A stretch of DNA of 64,000 bases from the NCBI GenBank assembly GCA_963720755.1, contig CAVRGP010000008.1, forward strand, positions 32,001 through 96,000. The letters run 5' to 3'. A program made the translations under genes and the position numbers. Positions 39,637 through 50,349 of this stretch are shown piece by piece. Each line of letters begins with the position of its first letter. Within the stretch, counting starts at the first letter, position 1. The notes under the pieces are model-generated. The model was given only the letters and a program-made list of their open reading frames with translations. It had not been told where the DNA came from and made no database searches. Origin of the DNA: an uncultured Chloroflexia bacterium (GTDB lineage: Bacteria > Chloroflexota > Limnocylindria > Limnocylindrales > CSP1-4).

Positions 39637-39957
39637 CTATTCCCCGATCACCGACCAGAGGAAGCCCATCATGATGAAGAAGCCGCTGAACAGGGCGATC
39701 AGCCCCAGTCCGCCGTAGATCGAGTTGGCCCCGGTGTGGGGGACCAGCTGCAGGCCGACTCCGAACACGATGGCCCAACCGATGAACAGGAACGTGAACA
39801 GGAACTTCGCGTTCGGGCTGGTGATCCGGCGGACCCAGCTCGAGCCACCTTCGGCCGCCATGGCGGACCGCAGCACGATGCCGAGCATCAGGACGACGAT
39901 GAGGATCGAGATCCCGAAGGGGATGGGCTGCTGGAACGCGACCAGGAAGAGCTGCAC
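39637..39957 (-). CDS. Hypothetical membrane protein (3 TM)
   Basis: Hydrophobic helices; TAGCAT 6 nt before GTG. Confidence 0.75.
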   Translation of the reverse strand: MQLFLVAFQQPIPFGISILIVVLMLGIVLRSAMAAEGGSSWVRRITSPNAKFLFTFLFIGWAIVFGVGLQLVPHTGANSIYGGLGLIALFSGFFIMMGFLWSVIGE

Positions 39958-40055
39958 GGGCCGATGCTAGCAGATGGGTCGGGGCTCCGAAACACGTTCG
40001 CGAGTACGATGTCGCCGCCCGCCATCCGATCCGCTGACCAAGGCGAACCTGTGCT

Positions 40056-42329
40056 GTGAACCCCTTCGACCGACTCGGGCGATTCGTCGCGCGCCGCGCC
40101 TGGTGGGTGGTGGCCGTCTGGGTCGTCCTCCTGCTGGTCGCGATCCCGTTCGCGCCACAGCTGCCGGGCAAGTTGAGTGCCGGCGGGTTCATCCTCGACG
40201 ACCTCGAATCGGCCCGGGCCAAGACCCTCCTCGAGAACGAGCTGGGGGCCCCTCCGTCGGCGCTGGTGATCGTCTTCTCGAGCTCGACGCTCACGGCGGG
40301 AAGCCCGGCCTTCGAACTCGCCGCAGCTTCGGCGATCCGCGACGTCGCGACCGCACCGCACGTCGTGCGGGTCATGTCGCACACGCTGGCACCGAGCCAG
40401 GTCTCGGCCGACGGCCACACCGCCTACGACATCGTCTTCCTCGACCTGGCCCCGGATGATTCGCCGGCGGCCCTGCCCATCCTGCGCGAGCGACTCCACG
40501 ACGCTCCGGGGATCGATGTCGCGCTCGCCGGCGGGCCGGCCTTCTACGGCGATGTCCAGACCGTGTCCGAATCCGACCTTCGCCGGAGCGAAGCCATCTC
40601 GTTGCCGCTGGCGGCCATCGCCCTGGTCTTCGTCTTCGGTTCACTCGTCGCGGCCGGCGTGCCACTCGTGGTCGGTGGTTCCGCCGTGATCGTGGCCCTG
40701 GCCGGCATCTTCGTCGTCGCATCGCTGACGCCGATGAGCATCTTCGTGCTCAACCTCGCCACCCTCCTCGGTCTCGGTCTCGGGGTGGACTATTCGCTGC
40801 TGATGACCAGCCGGTTCCGGGAGGAGCTGGCTCGCCAGCCCGATGGACCCGAACGGGTCGGCGAAGCGGTTCGGATCACCGTTGCGACCGCCGGCCGAGC
40901 CGTCTTCTTCAGTGGCCTGACCGTGCTGCTCGGGTTGCTCGGACTGGTCCTGTTCGAGTTCATGATCCTTCGCTCGGTCGGCATCGCCGGGGCGATCGTG
41001 GTCGGTCTCGCGGTCGCCTCCGCGCTGACCCTCCTGCCGGCCGTCCTGATGATCCTTGGCAGCCGGGTGGATCGGTTCGCGATCCGGACGGTGTCGGGCG
41101 TCGCGAGCGCCGACGGGGCGTGGTCGAGGCTCGCCCGGCGGGTCATGCGCCATCCCGTCGCGGTCCTGGTGCCGACCCTCGCCTTCCTGTTGTTGCTCGG
41201 CTCTCCGTTCCTGCACGTCCGGTTCAATGCGCCCGATGCCTCGATCCTTCCGCCCTCGGTGCCGTCGCGTGCGGCCTTCGACCGGCTGGTGGCGAACTTC
41301 GGTGAGGGCGAATTCGCCCCGATCGTCATCGCCGTCCGAACGACGGGCGAAGCCACCACGCCCGCCAACCTGGCCGCCCTGTACGACTACTCGCGGCGCC
41401 TCGCGGCCGACCCGCGGATCCGGCACGTGGACAGCGTCGTCGACGTCGACCCGCGTCTGACCCTGGCCCAGTACAGCCTCCTGTACGGCGACCCGAACGG
41501 GCCGCGTGACCGGTACGTGCAGACTGCCCTGGCGGCGACGACCCGGGGCGATCTCACCGCGTTCACGATCTACACCCCGTACGGCCCGAACCGCGACGAA
41601 GGCCGCTCCCTGGTCGCCGACCTTCGCGGCGCTGACAGCGCACTCGCCCCACCGGCCGGGGCGACGATCCTCGTCGGCGGTGGTGCGGCGGATGTCGCCG
41701 ATGTGGTCGATCGGGTCCGGGCCGACTTCCCACGAACAGCCCTGTTCATCATCGTCTCGACCTACCTCGTGCTGTTCGTGCTGCTCCGCTCCGCCGTCCT
41801 GCCGGCCAAGGCGCTGGTCATGAACACGCTGTCGATCGTGGCCAGCTTCGGTGCCCTCGTCTGGATCTTCCAGGACGGCAACCTGTCGGCACTGCTCGGC
41901 TTCCAGCCACTCGGGTTCGTCGAGACGACCCAGCCGGTCATCCTGTTCTGTGTCCTGTTCGGCCTGTCGATGGACTACGAGGTCTTCCTGCTGTCCCGCA
42001 TGAAGGAGGTCTGGGACCGGACCGGGGACAACATCGAGGCGGTCGCCGGCGGCATGGAGCGGAGCGGCAGGATCGTGACCTCGGCCGCCCTCATCGTGGT
42101 CGTCGTGGCGGGTTCATTCGCGTTCGCCGACATCGTCCTGATCAAGGCACTCGGGATCGGAATGGCCATCGCGGTCGCGCTCGACGCGACGGTCGTCCGG
42201 GCCCTCCTCGTCCCGGCCACGATGCGGCTGCTCGGTCGCTGGAACTGGTGGATGCCAGCGTCGCTCGAACGGATGATGGCCGGGCGCCTCCCGGCGTCCG
42301 AGGCGGATATCGAGGCGGGCATCCGATGA
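40056..42329 (+). CDS. MMPL-family (RND) transporter
   Basis: GLGVDYSLL, TAGRAVFFSG, FGLSMDYEVFLLSR, DATVVRALLVP. Confidence 0.95.
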   Translation: MNPFDRLGRFVARRAWWVVAVWVVLLLVAIPFAPQLPGKLSAGGFILDDLESARAKTLLENELGAPPSALVIVFSSSTLTAGSPAFELAAASAIRDVATAPHVVRVMSHTLAPSQVSADGHTAYDIVFLDLAPDDSPAALPILRERLHDAPGIDVALAGGPAFYGDVQTVSESDLRRSEAISLPLAAIALVFVFGSLVAAGVPLVVGGSAVIVALAGIFVVASLTPMSIFVLNLATLLGLGLGVDYSLLMTSRFREELARQPDGPERVGEAVRITVATAGRAVFFSGLTVLLGLLGLVLFEFMILRSVGIAGAIVVGLAVASALTLLPAVLMILGSRVDRFAIRTVSGVASADGAWSRLARRVMRHPVAVLVPTLAFLLLLGSPFLHVRFNAPDASILPPSVPSRAAFDRLVANFGEGEFAPIVIAVRTTGEATTPANLAALYDYSRRLAADPRIRHVDSVVDVDPRLTLAQYSLLYGDPNGPRDRYVQTALAATTRGDLTAFTIYTPYGPNRDEGRSLVADLRGADSALAPPAGATILVGGGAADVADVVDRVRADFPRTALFIIVSTYLVLFVLLRSAVLPAKALVMNTLSIVASFGALVWIFQDGNLSALLGFQPLGFVETTQPVILFCVLFGLSMDYEVFLLSRMKEVWDRTGDNIEAVAGGMERSGRIVTSAALIVVVVAGSFAFADIVLIKALGIGMAIAVALDATVVRALLVPATMRLLGRWNWWMPASLERMMAGRLPASEADIEAGIR

Positions 42330-43534
42330 GCCGGTCGAGTGGACTCGGATCCATCGGCCGCGCCATGGTCGCGCTGATGGTGGCGCTGACGGTCGCCGGG
42401 TGCTCGGGCGGCATGGCCGGCGCCGGGCCGATCCTGGCGAACCCCACGCCTGCCCGTCCGTCCGTCCCGCCCGCCTCGCCGGTCCCGGCCGCGGTGGCCG
42501 ACCCGATCCCGATCGTCCTCCCCCGTGACGACGGGCCGCACACCCGTCTGACCGAGTGGTGGTACTACACCGGCCACCTCCGGGCCGACGACGGTCGACG
42601 CTACGGGTTCGAGTACGTCATCTTCCGGGCGGAGCGCGGCCGCTTCCCGACGTCGTGGGTCTCGCACCTCGCGATCACCGATGAAGGCGGCGACCAATTC
42701 CTGTACAGCCAGCGACTCGATATCGGGCCTCAGGTGGACAGGTCACCGCGAGATCCTGCCGGCGTCCCGACCGGTTTCGCTCTCGCCCTGACCGGGGCCG
42801 ACCCGTCCCAGCCGGACACCTTCGGACGGCCCGCCTGGACCATGACCGGGAGCGGCGGTTCGGATCACCTCGCGGCCGCACTCACCTCGGCCGAGGCAAC
42901 GGCCAGCGGCAGCCCGGGCGGGATGGGCCTGGATCTGACGCTCCAGGCAACGAAGCCGGCGGCCCTGCACGAGCGCGACGGCTGGATCGACTTCGGCCCG
43001 GCGGGTGGCTCGTACTACTACTCGCGGACAGCCATGACCGCCGCCGGATCACTGACCCTCGACGGACGAACATTCGCCGTGGACGGCTCCGCCTGGTTCG
43101 ACCACCAGTGGGGCGATTTCATCTCGGTCGGAGGCGGTGGCTGGGATTGGTTCGCCGTCAACCTGGCCGACGGCACCGATCTGACCTTGTCGCTCGTCCG
43201 CGACGTCGACGGGACGTATCCACTCGTGTACGGGACGATCGTGGCGGCCGACGGCACCGTGCGACATCTCGATCGTGATGCCTTCTCGGTCGTCGTGACC
43301 GCTCAGTGGACGAGTCCCGCGACCGGCGCCACGTATCCGGCTGGCTGGGCGATCGCGATCCCGGACGAGTCCCTGACGATCGATCTCCGCCCGACGGTAC
43401 AGGCTCAGGAGCTGGACACCCGGGCGACGACCGGGGTCGTGTACTGGGAAGGGTCGCAGGTCGTCTCGGCCCGGCGGCAAGGACGATCCCTTTCCGGACG
43501 GGCCTACGTCGAACTGACTGGATACGCTCCCTGA
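42326..43534 (+). CDS. AttH/CrtC-like lipocalin-fold lipoprotein
   Basis: Lipobox VAGC; TEWWYYTG, SYYYS, WFDHQW, GWDWF, YWEG, GRAYVELTGY. Confidence 0.85.
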   Translation: MSRSSGLGSIGRAMVALMVALTVAGCSGGMAGAGPILANPTPARPSVPPASPVPAAVADPIPIVLPRDDGPHTRLTEWWYYTGHLRADDGRRYGFEYVIFRAERGRFPTSWVSHLAITDEGGDQFLYSQRLDIGPQVDRSPRDPAGVPTGFALALTGADPSQPDTFGRPAWTMTGSGGSDHLAAALTSAEATASGSPGGMGLDLTLQATKPAALHERDGWIDFGPAGGSYYYSRTAMTAAGSLTLDGRTFAVDGSAWFDHQWGDFISVGGGGWDWFAVNLADGTDLTLSLVRDVDGTYPLVYGTIVAADGTVRHLDRDAFSVVVTAQWTSPATGATYPAGWAIAIPDESLTIDLRPTVQAQELDTRATTGVVYWEGSQVVSARRQGRSLSGRAYVELTGYAP

Positions 43535-43540
43535 CGTTCC

Positions 43541-43573
43541 CCCGTCAGGGCTCGAACGCCCGTCAGGGCTCGA
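43541..43573. repeat. Tandem duplication of a gene 3' end
   Basis: CCCGTCAGGGCTCGA at 43541 and 43559, spanning the stop of the 43563-44336 gene. Confidence 0.7.
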
Positions 43574-44336
43574 GCGAGGGCAGATCGAGACCGACTGTCG
43601 CGGCCAGCGTTCGGGAACTGGCGTCGACCGTATCGAGACCGGCCGTGACGGCCAGCATCGCCTTGGCGGTCGAGCGATACGCGGACAGGTCGGCGAGCGA
43701 GGCGTGGAGGCCGTCCCGGGCTGTGGTGGCCATCGACGAGTAGAAGTCATCGAGGCCTGCCCGCACGGATGTCGCCGCCGTCCAGGGCGCCATCCGGCTG
43801 GTCAGGTCCATCCCTGCCGCGGCATCGGCCGCCAGGGTCCGGAGCGCCTTGGCCAGGTCGTTCGCGCTGCCGTCCTGGCTCTCGAGCGTCGTTCGCAGGG
43901 TCACCGCATCCGCCGCGATCCGGCTGTTGATCACGATCGTGCCACTCAAGGCCGCCGCCGCGGCCGGTGGGACTCCCGGCGTGACGGGATTCGTGGCCGG
44001 CGGGACGACCGCGATGGGCGCTTCGGACGGTGCGACGATCGCCGGTGCCTCGATGGCGGCGATCGCCGGCTCCGGGTGCAGGGTCACGGCGATGAATGAC
44101 GCCATGCCGGCCCCACCGAGGAAGGCGCCGAACACCAACCCCAGGGCGACCAGGCCGATCGCTCGGCGGACGAGCACGCCCATGATGAGGCGGCTGCCGC
44201 AACCGGGGCACCGGGACGTGCCGTCGTTCAAGGGTCTGGTGCACGCTGGACAGCTGAAGACGTGCGCGTCGGCATCGCCGATCGCAGGACCCTGATCGTC
44301 CCGCCCGGCCTTCCGCCCGAACACGCTCGAGAGCAT
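43563..44336 (-). CDS. Zinc-ribbon membrane-anchored hypothetical protein
   Basis: CPAC...CPGC, one TM helix, helical C-domain. Confidence 0.75.
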   Translation of the reverse strand: MLSSVFGRKAGRDDQGPAIGDADAHVFSCPACTRPLNDGTSRCPGCGSRLIMGVLVRRAIGLVALGLVFGAFLGGAGMASFIAVTLHPEPAIAAIEAPAIVAPSEAPIAVVPPATNPVTPGVPPAAAAALSGTIVINSRIAADAVTLRTTLESQDGSANDLAKALRTLAADAAAGMDLTSRMAPWTAATSVRAGLDDFYSSMATTARDGLHASLADLSAYRSTAKAMLAVTAGLDTVDASSRTLAATVGLDLPSLEP

Positions 44337-44478
44337 CTGGTCGCCTCACTCCAGCCGTCGATGGCCGCCTGCGCGTCCCTCCGGAGACGCCCTGGCCGTG
44401 AGCGAAGTGTCCCCCGGCGGGACGCCGATGCACCCGGGTCGGTGGTCCGGGTGGCGGCAGGGTACGTTCGGCCCTAAC

Positions 44479-44508
44479 TGAGACTGTGTCTCATTCATGT
44501 GGTAGAGT
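44479..44508 (+). promoter_or_regulatory. Fur/Zur-type 7-1-7 box and extended -10
   Basis: TGAGACT-G-TGTCTCA; TGGTAGAGT ending 6 nt before ATG. Confidence 0.65.
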
Positions 44509-44514
44509 CGAGTC

Positions 44515-44973
44515 ATGACCGATGCCGCGACGATCGTGACCACGCTCGACCGAGCCGGGTACCGCCTGACCGAGCCTCGGCGGTCGTTGGCCGTCCTCAT
44601 CGCGAACCAGGAGGGCCACTTCACGGCCGCCGATCTGGTCGGTGCGGCCCGCGAGCGACGTCTCGGCGTCGGCCGGGCGACCGTCTTCCGAACACTCGAA
44701 GTCCTCGAGGGTCTCGGTGCCGTCGAGCGCCTCGACCTGCCGTCCGGAGAACACGCCTACGTCGGCTGTGACCCCACCCACCACCATCATGTCGTGTGCT
44801 CCAGCTGCGGCCGAACGGACAGGATCGAGGACGCCGGACTGCGGACCGTGGTCGACGACGTCGCCCGACGGACCGGATACAGGGTCGACGGCCATCGCCT
44901 GGAGCTCTTCGGCCTGTGCCCGACCTGTATGGCCGCCACCGCGGACCCGGCTCGGGACCAACAGGACGCCTAG
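44515..44973 (+). CDS. Fur-family regulator (probably Zur-like)
   Basis: RLTEPR, HFTA, ATVFRTL, HHHHVVCSSCG, GLCPTC. Confidence 0.92.
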   Translation: MTDAATIVTTLDRAGYRLTEPRRSLAVLIANQEGHFTAADLVGAARERRLGVGRATVFRTLEVLEGLGAVERLDLPSGEHAYVGCDPTHHHHVVCSSCGRTDRIEDAGLRTVVDDVARRTGYRVDGHRLELFGLCPTCMAATADPARDQQDA

Positions 44974-44975
44974 CC

Positions 44976-45898
44976 GTGCGACGGACCGACCACCTCCACG
45001 CGATCCGCCCGATCGGGGCGCTCCTGGGGCTCGTCCTGTTCGCCAACCTCACGGCAGGATGTGGTTCGGCTACGGCCTCGGACCCGGCGAGTTCATCGGC
45101 GGTCCAAGTCGTGGCGACGACCACCGTCTTCGCGGACATCGTGCGGAACGTCGGCGGGGACCGGGTCCATGTCACCTCGATCGTGCCCGCCGGGGCCGGC
45201 CCGGAGGACTACGAGCCCAAGCCGAACGACGCCCGGATGCTCGCCGGGGCCGATCTCATCGTGTCCAATGGCGTCGGCCTGGATGACTTCCTCGATCGGC
45301 TGGTCACCGCGGCGGACGACGGCGCCACCCCACACCTCGTCCTCGGCGAGGGGATCCCGACGATCGATGTCAACGGGGAACCCAACCCGCACTTCTGGCT
45401 GGATCCAGGTCTCGTCGTGGATCACTACCTGCCGGCGATCGCCGCGAGTCTCAGCGCCGTCGATCCGGCAGGCGCAGCGACATATGCGGCCAACCGCGAC
45501 GCCTACGCGGCGCAGATCGGGGCGATGGACACCGATGCCATGACGAAGATCGCCACGATCCCCGTCCAGAGCCGAAAGCTCGTCACGTTCCATGACGCGT
45601 TCCCCTACTTCGCCAAGCACTACGGGTTCGAGGTCGTCGGCGTGATCCTCGCGAACGTCGGCCAGGAGCCCAGTTCGTCCGATCTCGCCGCGTTGGTCAA
45701 CACGGTCAAGGCGGCTGGGGTGAAGGCGGTCTTCTCCGAAGCGCAGTTCAGCCCGAAGCTCGCGGCCACGCTGGCGGCCGAGGCAGGGGTCTCCAAGGTC
45801 GTGACGACGCTCTATACGGACAGCGTCGGGCCCGCACCGCAGGACACCTATCTGGCGGCCATGCGCTGGAACGTCGACCAGGTCGTCGGCGCGCTCCG

Positions 45899-45902
<4 letters not shown>
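44976..45902 (+). CDS. Metal ABC transporter substrate-binding lipoprotein (ZnuA/TroA family)
   Basis: TAGC lipobox, VVATT, NPHFWLDP, TFHDAF.YF, VFSE. Confidence 0.92.
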
Positions 45903-46714
<812 letters not shown>

Positions 46715-46716
46715 CG

Positions 46717-47598
46717 ATGGTGGACGTCATCCTCGATCCGCTCGCCTTCGGGTTCATGCAGCGAGGCCTGGTCGCGGCCATCCTGGTCGGGATCGTGTGC
46801 GCGGTCATGGGCGCGTTCGTCGTGCTCCGCGGTCTCGCCTTCATCGGCGATGCCGTGAGCCATGCCGCCTTCCCTGGCCTGGTCATCGCCTACATGGTCG
46901 GTCTGCCGCTCTACCTGGGTGGCGCCATCGCCGCGATCGGGACCGCGCTGGCCATCGGCGCCGTCGCCCGACGAGGCGCCCTCCAATTCGATACGGCGGT
47001 CGGTGTCCTGTTCGCCGGCATGTTCGCGCTGGGCATCCTGTTATTCAGCACCATCGACAACTACGTCGCCGACCTGTTCGGCTACCTGCTGGGCAACGTG
47101 CTCGGGATCACGACCACGGACATCCTCCAGATCGCGATCCTCGGTGGGCTGGTCCTGGTCATCGTCGCGGTCCTGCGCAAGGAACTGCTGTTCGCCTCGT
47201 TCGATCCGGCCGGAGCGGCGGCTTCCGGGCTCCCCGTCGAGCGGCTCGACTACCTGCTCCTCGGACTCATCGGCGCGACGATCGTGGTGAGCATCCAGGC
47301 GGTGGGGATCATCATGGTCGTGGCCATGCTGGTCACGCCGGCCGCGACGGGCCAGCTCCTGGTGCGGCAATTCTGGGACCTCGTTCGGGTCGCCATCGCC
47401 GTCGCGATCGTGTCCTCGATCAGCGGCCTGTACCTGAGCTTCTACTTCAACGTCGCCTCGGGCGCCTCGATCGTCCTGGTCGAGACCCTGCTCTTCTCGC
47501 TGGCATTGCTCCTGTCCCCGAGCTCCGGACTGTTGGCCAACCAGCTCCGGCGACGGGCAGCCCGGAAGTCGCCGACGGGATCGCCTACCAGCCACTGA
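46717..47598 (+). CDS. Metal ABC transporter permease (ZnuB family)
   Basis: GDAVSHAAFPG, LLGNVL, SFDP, VG..MV.AML.TPA. Confidence 0.92.
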   Translation: MVDVILDPLAFGFMQRGLVAAILVGIVCAVMGAFVVLRGLAFIGDAVSHAAFPGLVIAYMVGLPLYLGGAIAAIGTALAIGAVARRGALQFDTAVGVLFAGMFALGILLFSTIDNYVADLFGYLLGNVLGITTTDILQIAILGGLVLVIVAVLRKELLFASFDPAGAAASGLPVERLDYLLLGLIGATIVVSIQAVGIIMVVAMLVTPAATGQLLVRQFWDLVRVAIAVAIVSSISGLYLSFYFNVASGASIVLVETLLFSLALLLSPSSGLLANQLRRRAARKSPTGSPTSH

Positions 47599-47684
47599 GG
47601 CGAAACCTTTTCGGCGCGGGCGGACTCAGGGAAGTACGGCTCGAGACGATCGAGACCGGCCAGCTCGAGTTCCGGGAGTCCGCC

Positions 47685-48428
47685 TTGGCCATCGAACCCG
47701 CCGTCGCGCCACCAACCGTCCGAACGAGGGCGGTCGTGCCCCGAACCCAGCCACCCTTCCGGCTGTCGGGTCGAGCGACCGTGATCCTGGCCGCGATCAT
47801 CGGCCTGATCCTGATCTACGCGACGGACCAGGTCGCGCCGGCGACGTCGGACCGCCAGGCACAGCTACGGATCTGGCTGGCCGCCCGTGCGACCGGGATC
47901 GTGACCCTGTTCCTGTTGACCCTCCAGATCTGCATCGGCCTGGTGCTGTCCCATCCGACCAATAAGTCGACCTGGCGCCTGTCCAAGACCATCTACCCGT
48001 GGCATGTCCACGTGTGGGTCTTCGTCATCGCCTTCCTGGCCGTCCACATCGTGAGCATCATCCTCGACCCGTACGCGGGGGTCGGGGTCGCGGGCTCGTT
48101 CATCCCGGGCTTGTCCGAATACCGGTCGATGCCGGTGGCCCTGGGCACGCTCGCCTTGTACGCATTCCTGATCACGGCGGTCACGGCCCGCTTCACGAAG
48201 CTGCTTCCCGCCGGCGTCTGGCTGTCGATCCATCGACTGTCACTCGTCGTGTTCATCCTCGCCTGGGTCCACGGGATCCTGTCGGGGACCGATTCAGAGG
48301 CGCTTCGCGCCGTCTACATCGCGACCGGCCTGGCCGTCGTGATGGCCGGCGCCTACCGCTATTGGGCATCTCGACAAGGCCGCCCGACGTTCCAGACAAG
48401 TCGCTCGCCATCCAACACGGAGGTATGA
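47685..48428 (+). CDS. Ferric reductase-like (MsrQ-type) heme-b transmembrane protein
   Basis: WLAARATG, WH, AVH, LGTLA, WLSIHRL, WVHG..GTD; four His heme ligands; TTG start inferred. Confidence 0.85.
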   Translation: MAIEPAVAPPTVRTRAVVPRTQPPFRLSGRATVILAAIIGLILIYATDQVAPATSDRQAQLRIWLAARATGIVTLFLLTLQICIGLVLSHPTNKSTWRLSKTIYPWHVHVWVFVIAFLAVHIVSIILDPYAGVGVAGSFIPGLSEYRSMPVALGTLALYAFLITAVTARFTKLLPAGVWLSIHRLSLVVFILAWVHGILSGTDSEALRAVYIATGLAVVMAGAYRYWASRQGRPTFQTSRSPSNTEV

Positions 48429-48901
48429 ACCCGATGAACATCAGCTCGCTCCGGATCCGGCGCACCCTGACCCTGGGGGGCACCCTGGCCGCCCTCGTCC
48501 TGGGGTTCGTGGTCATCCAGTCCGCGGCCGCATGGGCCGTCGATGCCGCACCGCTGAACGCGGCGCCAGTTTCGGCGACGTCCATCGAGAACAAGCTGGT
48601 CGACGAGCAGGCGCGCTCCGCCGACCTCCAGTCGCAGCTCTGGGCGATCACCAGCAACGCCGACCAGCTGTCGGCCGCGCTCGAGGCCGCTCAGACCCAG
48701 ATCGCCACCGATGCCGACCAGGCGACCATGCTCCAGAAGGACCTCAAGGATGCAAAGGCAAAGCTCGCGGCGCTCCAGAAGTCGATCCGCCAGGCGCGAA
48801 CGACCACGGTCGTGACGAAGACCGTCCGGACGACCGCCGCGGCACCGGCCACCGCAGCCCCGCACGGTGACGACGACGGCGGCGAGCGCGGCGATGACTG
48901 A
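48425..48901 (+). CDS. Exported coiled-coil protein with acidic tail
   Basis: GGAGG RBS, signal helix, heptad region, Thr/Ala linker, HGDDDGGERGDD end. Confidence 0.8.
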   Translation: MNPMNISSLRIRRTLTLGGTLAALVLGFVVIQSAAAWAVDAAPLNAAPVSATSIENKLVDEQARSADLQSQLWAITSNADQLSAALEAAQTQIATDADQATMLQKDLKDAKAKLAALQKSIRQARTTTVVTKTVRTTAAAPATAAPHGDDDGGERGDD

Positions 48902-49316
48902 CCGACGCCTGCCACTCCACCTCGCGGTCCTCCTCGGGACGTCGACGGCTGCCTACGCCGTGAGCCTGGCCGGCGTCACGGCCCTCCAGTCGGGAGCGGA
49001 TCAGGCGGTCATCGCCCGTCAGGCACCGGCGGAGCAGGCGGCCGCTCGACTCGGCGCTGGACACGATCAGCTCCAGTCCGATCTCGAGCGGACGGCCCAG
49101 GCATTCCAGGTCGCGGCGGCTCGGTACGACGCGATCGCTGCCGATCTCTCGACCCTCGAGGCGGCCCTTGCCAACCATGCCGAGCAGATGGCCAAGGTGA
49201 GCGGGGCAGCTCGTGCCCTGCCCAAGCGCGTCTCGTTGCCAAGCGTGACCCGCGTGGTCACGACCACCGTTTCGAAGCCGCGCGTGAGCGCGTCCACGGG
49301 TGCATCGGGCGGCTGA
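48894..49316 (+). CDS. Exported coiled-coil protein with C-terminal TGAS flavinylation-like motif
   Basis: N-terminal hydrophobic helix, heptads, ends VSASTGASGG. Confidence 0.8.
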   Translation: MTDRRLPLHLAVLLGTSTAAYAVSLAGVTALQSGADQAVIARQAPAEQAAARLGAGHDQLQSDLERTAQAFQVAAARYDAIAADLSTLEAALANHAEQMAKVSGAARALPKRVSLPSVTRVVTTTVSKPRVSASTGASGG

Positions 49317-49329
49317 CGGTCGAGGGGTC

Positions 49330-50349
49330 GTGGCCGACCCGACGATCGAACGGGGCGGGTCGGGCGAGCCATCGCCGTTCGAGGGTCGGGCCATGGGTTC
49401 GCCGCTGCGGCTGACCCTCGGGGGCTCGCGCGACGACCGGCCGGCGAGCGCGCCATCGAGCGCCTGGGTTGCCGTCGTCCGATCGTTCGAGGTCTCGGAG
49501 CAGGCGATGTCGCGGTTCCGTGACACGAGCGAACTGACGTCCCTCAATCGCGCGGCCGGCAGCGGGGTGGCACGACAGGTCTCCGGCCGTCTCCGACGAG
49601 CGCTCGTTGCAGCGGATCGGGCGTACCGGACCAGCGGTGGCCGGTTCGATCCGCGGGTCCTGGTGGATCTCGACCGACTCGGCTATCGCGGCGCGGCCAT
49701 CGGGCCCCACGACGAACCCGAGTCGTCGCCGGGGCCGCCTGGGCATGACCCCCGTCCGATCGTCGGTCGAGTCGGGCGAGACCTGGTGTGCCTCACTCGG
49801 CCGGTCGATCTCGGCGGAATCGGCAAGGGTCTGGCGTTGCGCTGGGCGGCAGCGGAGCTCGTCGAGCGTGGGACGACCGCGTTCCTGCTGGAAGCCGGCG
49901 GCGATCTCGTCGCCAAGGGGTCCGATCCGACCGGAGAGCCGTGGATGATCGGCGTAGAGGATCCGACCGAACGGACCGATCACCTGGCGGTGATCGCCGT
50001 GGAGGACGGCGCGGTCGCGACATCGTCCGTGCGCGTCCATCGCTGGACCGTCGACGATCGGACCGTGCACCACCTCATCGATCCTTCCACCGGCGACCCA
50101 GCCCAGGTTGGACTGCTCGCCGTGACCGTCGCCGGCCCGGATCCGGCCTGGGCCGAGATCTGGTCCAAGGTGCTGTTCGTCGGCGGTCACGACGCCATCG
50201 CCGCTGAAGCACGAGCGCGGGGGCTGGCTGCCTGGTGGGTCACCGACGACGGAACACTCGAGATGACGGCCCACGCCCGCGCCCGCACAGCGTGGGTCGC
50301 CGCGGAGGACGGCGCGAGTCGGATCCCGGCGAACCTCGGATCCAGCTAG
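49330..50349 (+). CDS. apbE: FAD:protein FMN transferase
   Basis: AMGS, SRFRDTSEL..LN, GRFDP, DLGGIGKG, AGGDL, ATSS, HHLIDP. Confidence 0.92.
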   Translation: MADPTIERGGSGEPSPFEGRAMGSPLRLTLGGSRDDRPASAPSSAWVAVVRSFEVSEQAMSRFRDTSELTSLNRAAGSGVARQVSGRLRRALVAADRAYRTSGGRFDPRVLVDLDRLGYRGAAIGPHDEPESSPGPPGHDPRPIVGRVGRDLVCLTRPVDLGGIGKGLALRWAAAELVERGTTAFLLEAGGDLVAKGSDPTGEPWMIGVEDPTERTDHLAVIAVEDGAVATSSVRVHRWTVDDRTVHHLIDPSTGDPAQVGLLAVTVAGPDPAWAEIWSKVLFVGGHDAIAAEARARGLAAWWVTDDGTLEMTAHARARTAWVAAEDGASRIPANLGSS

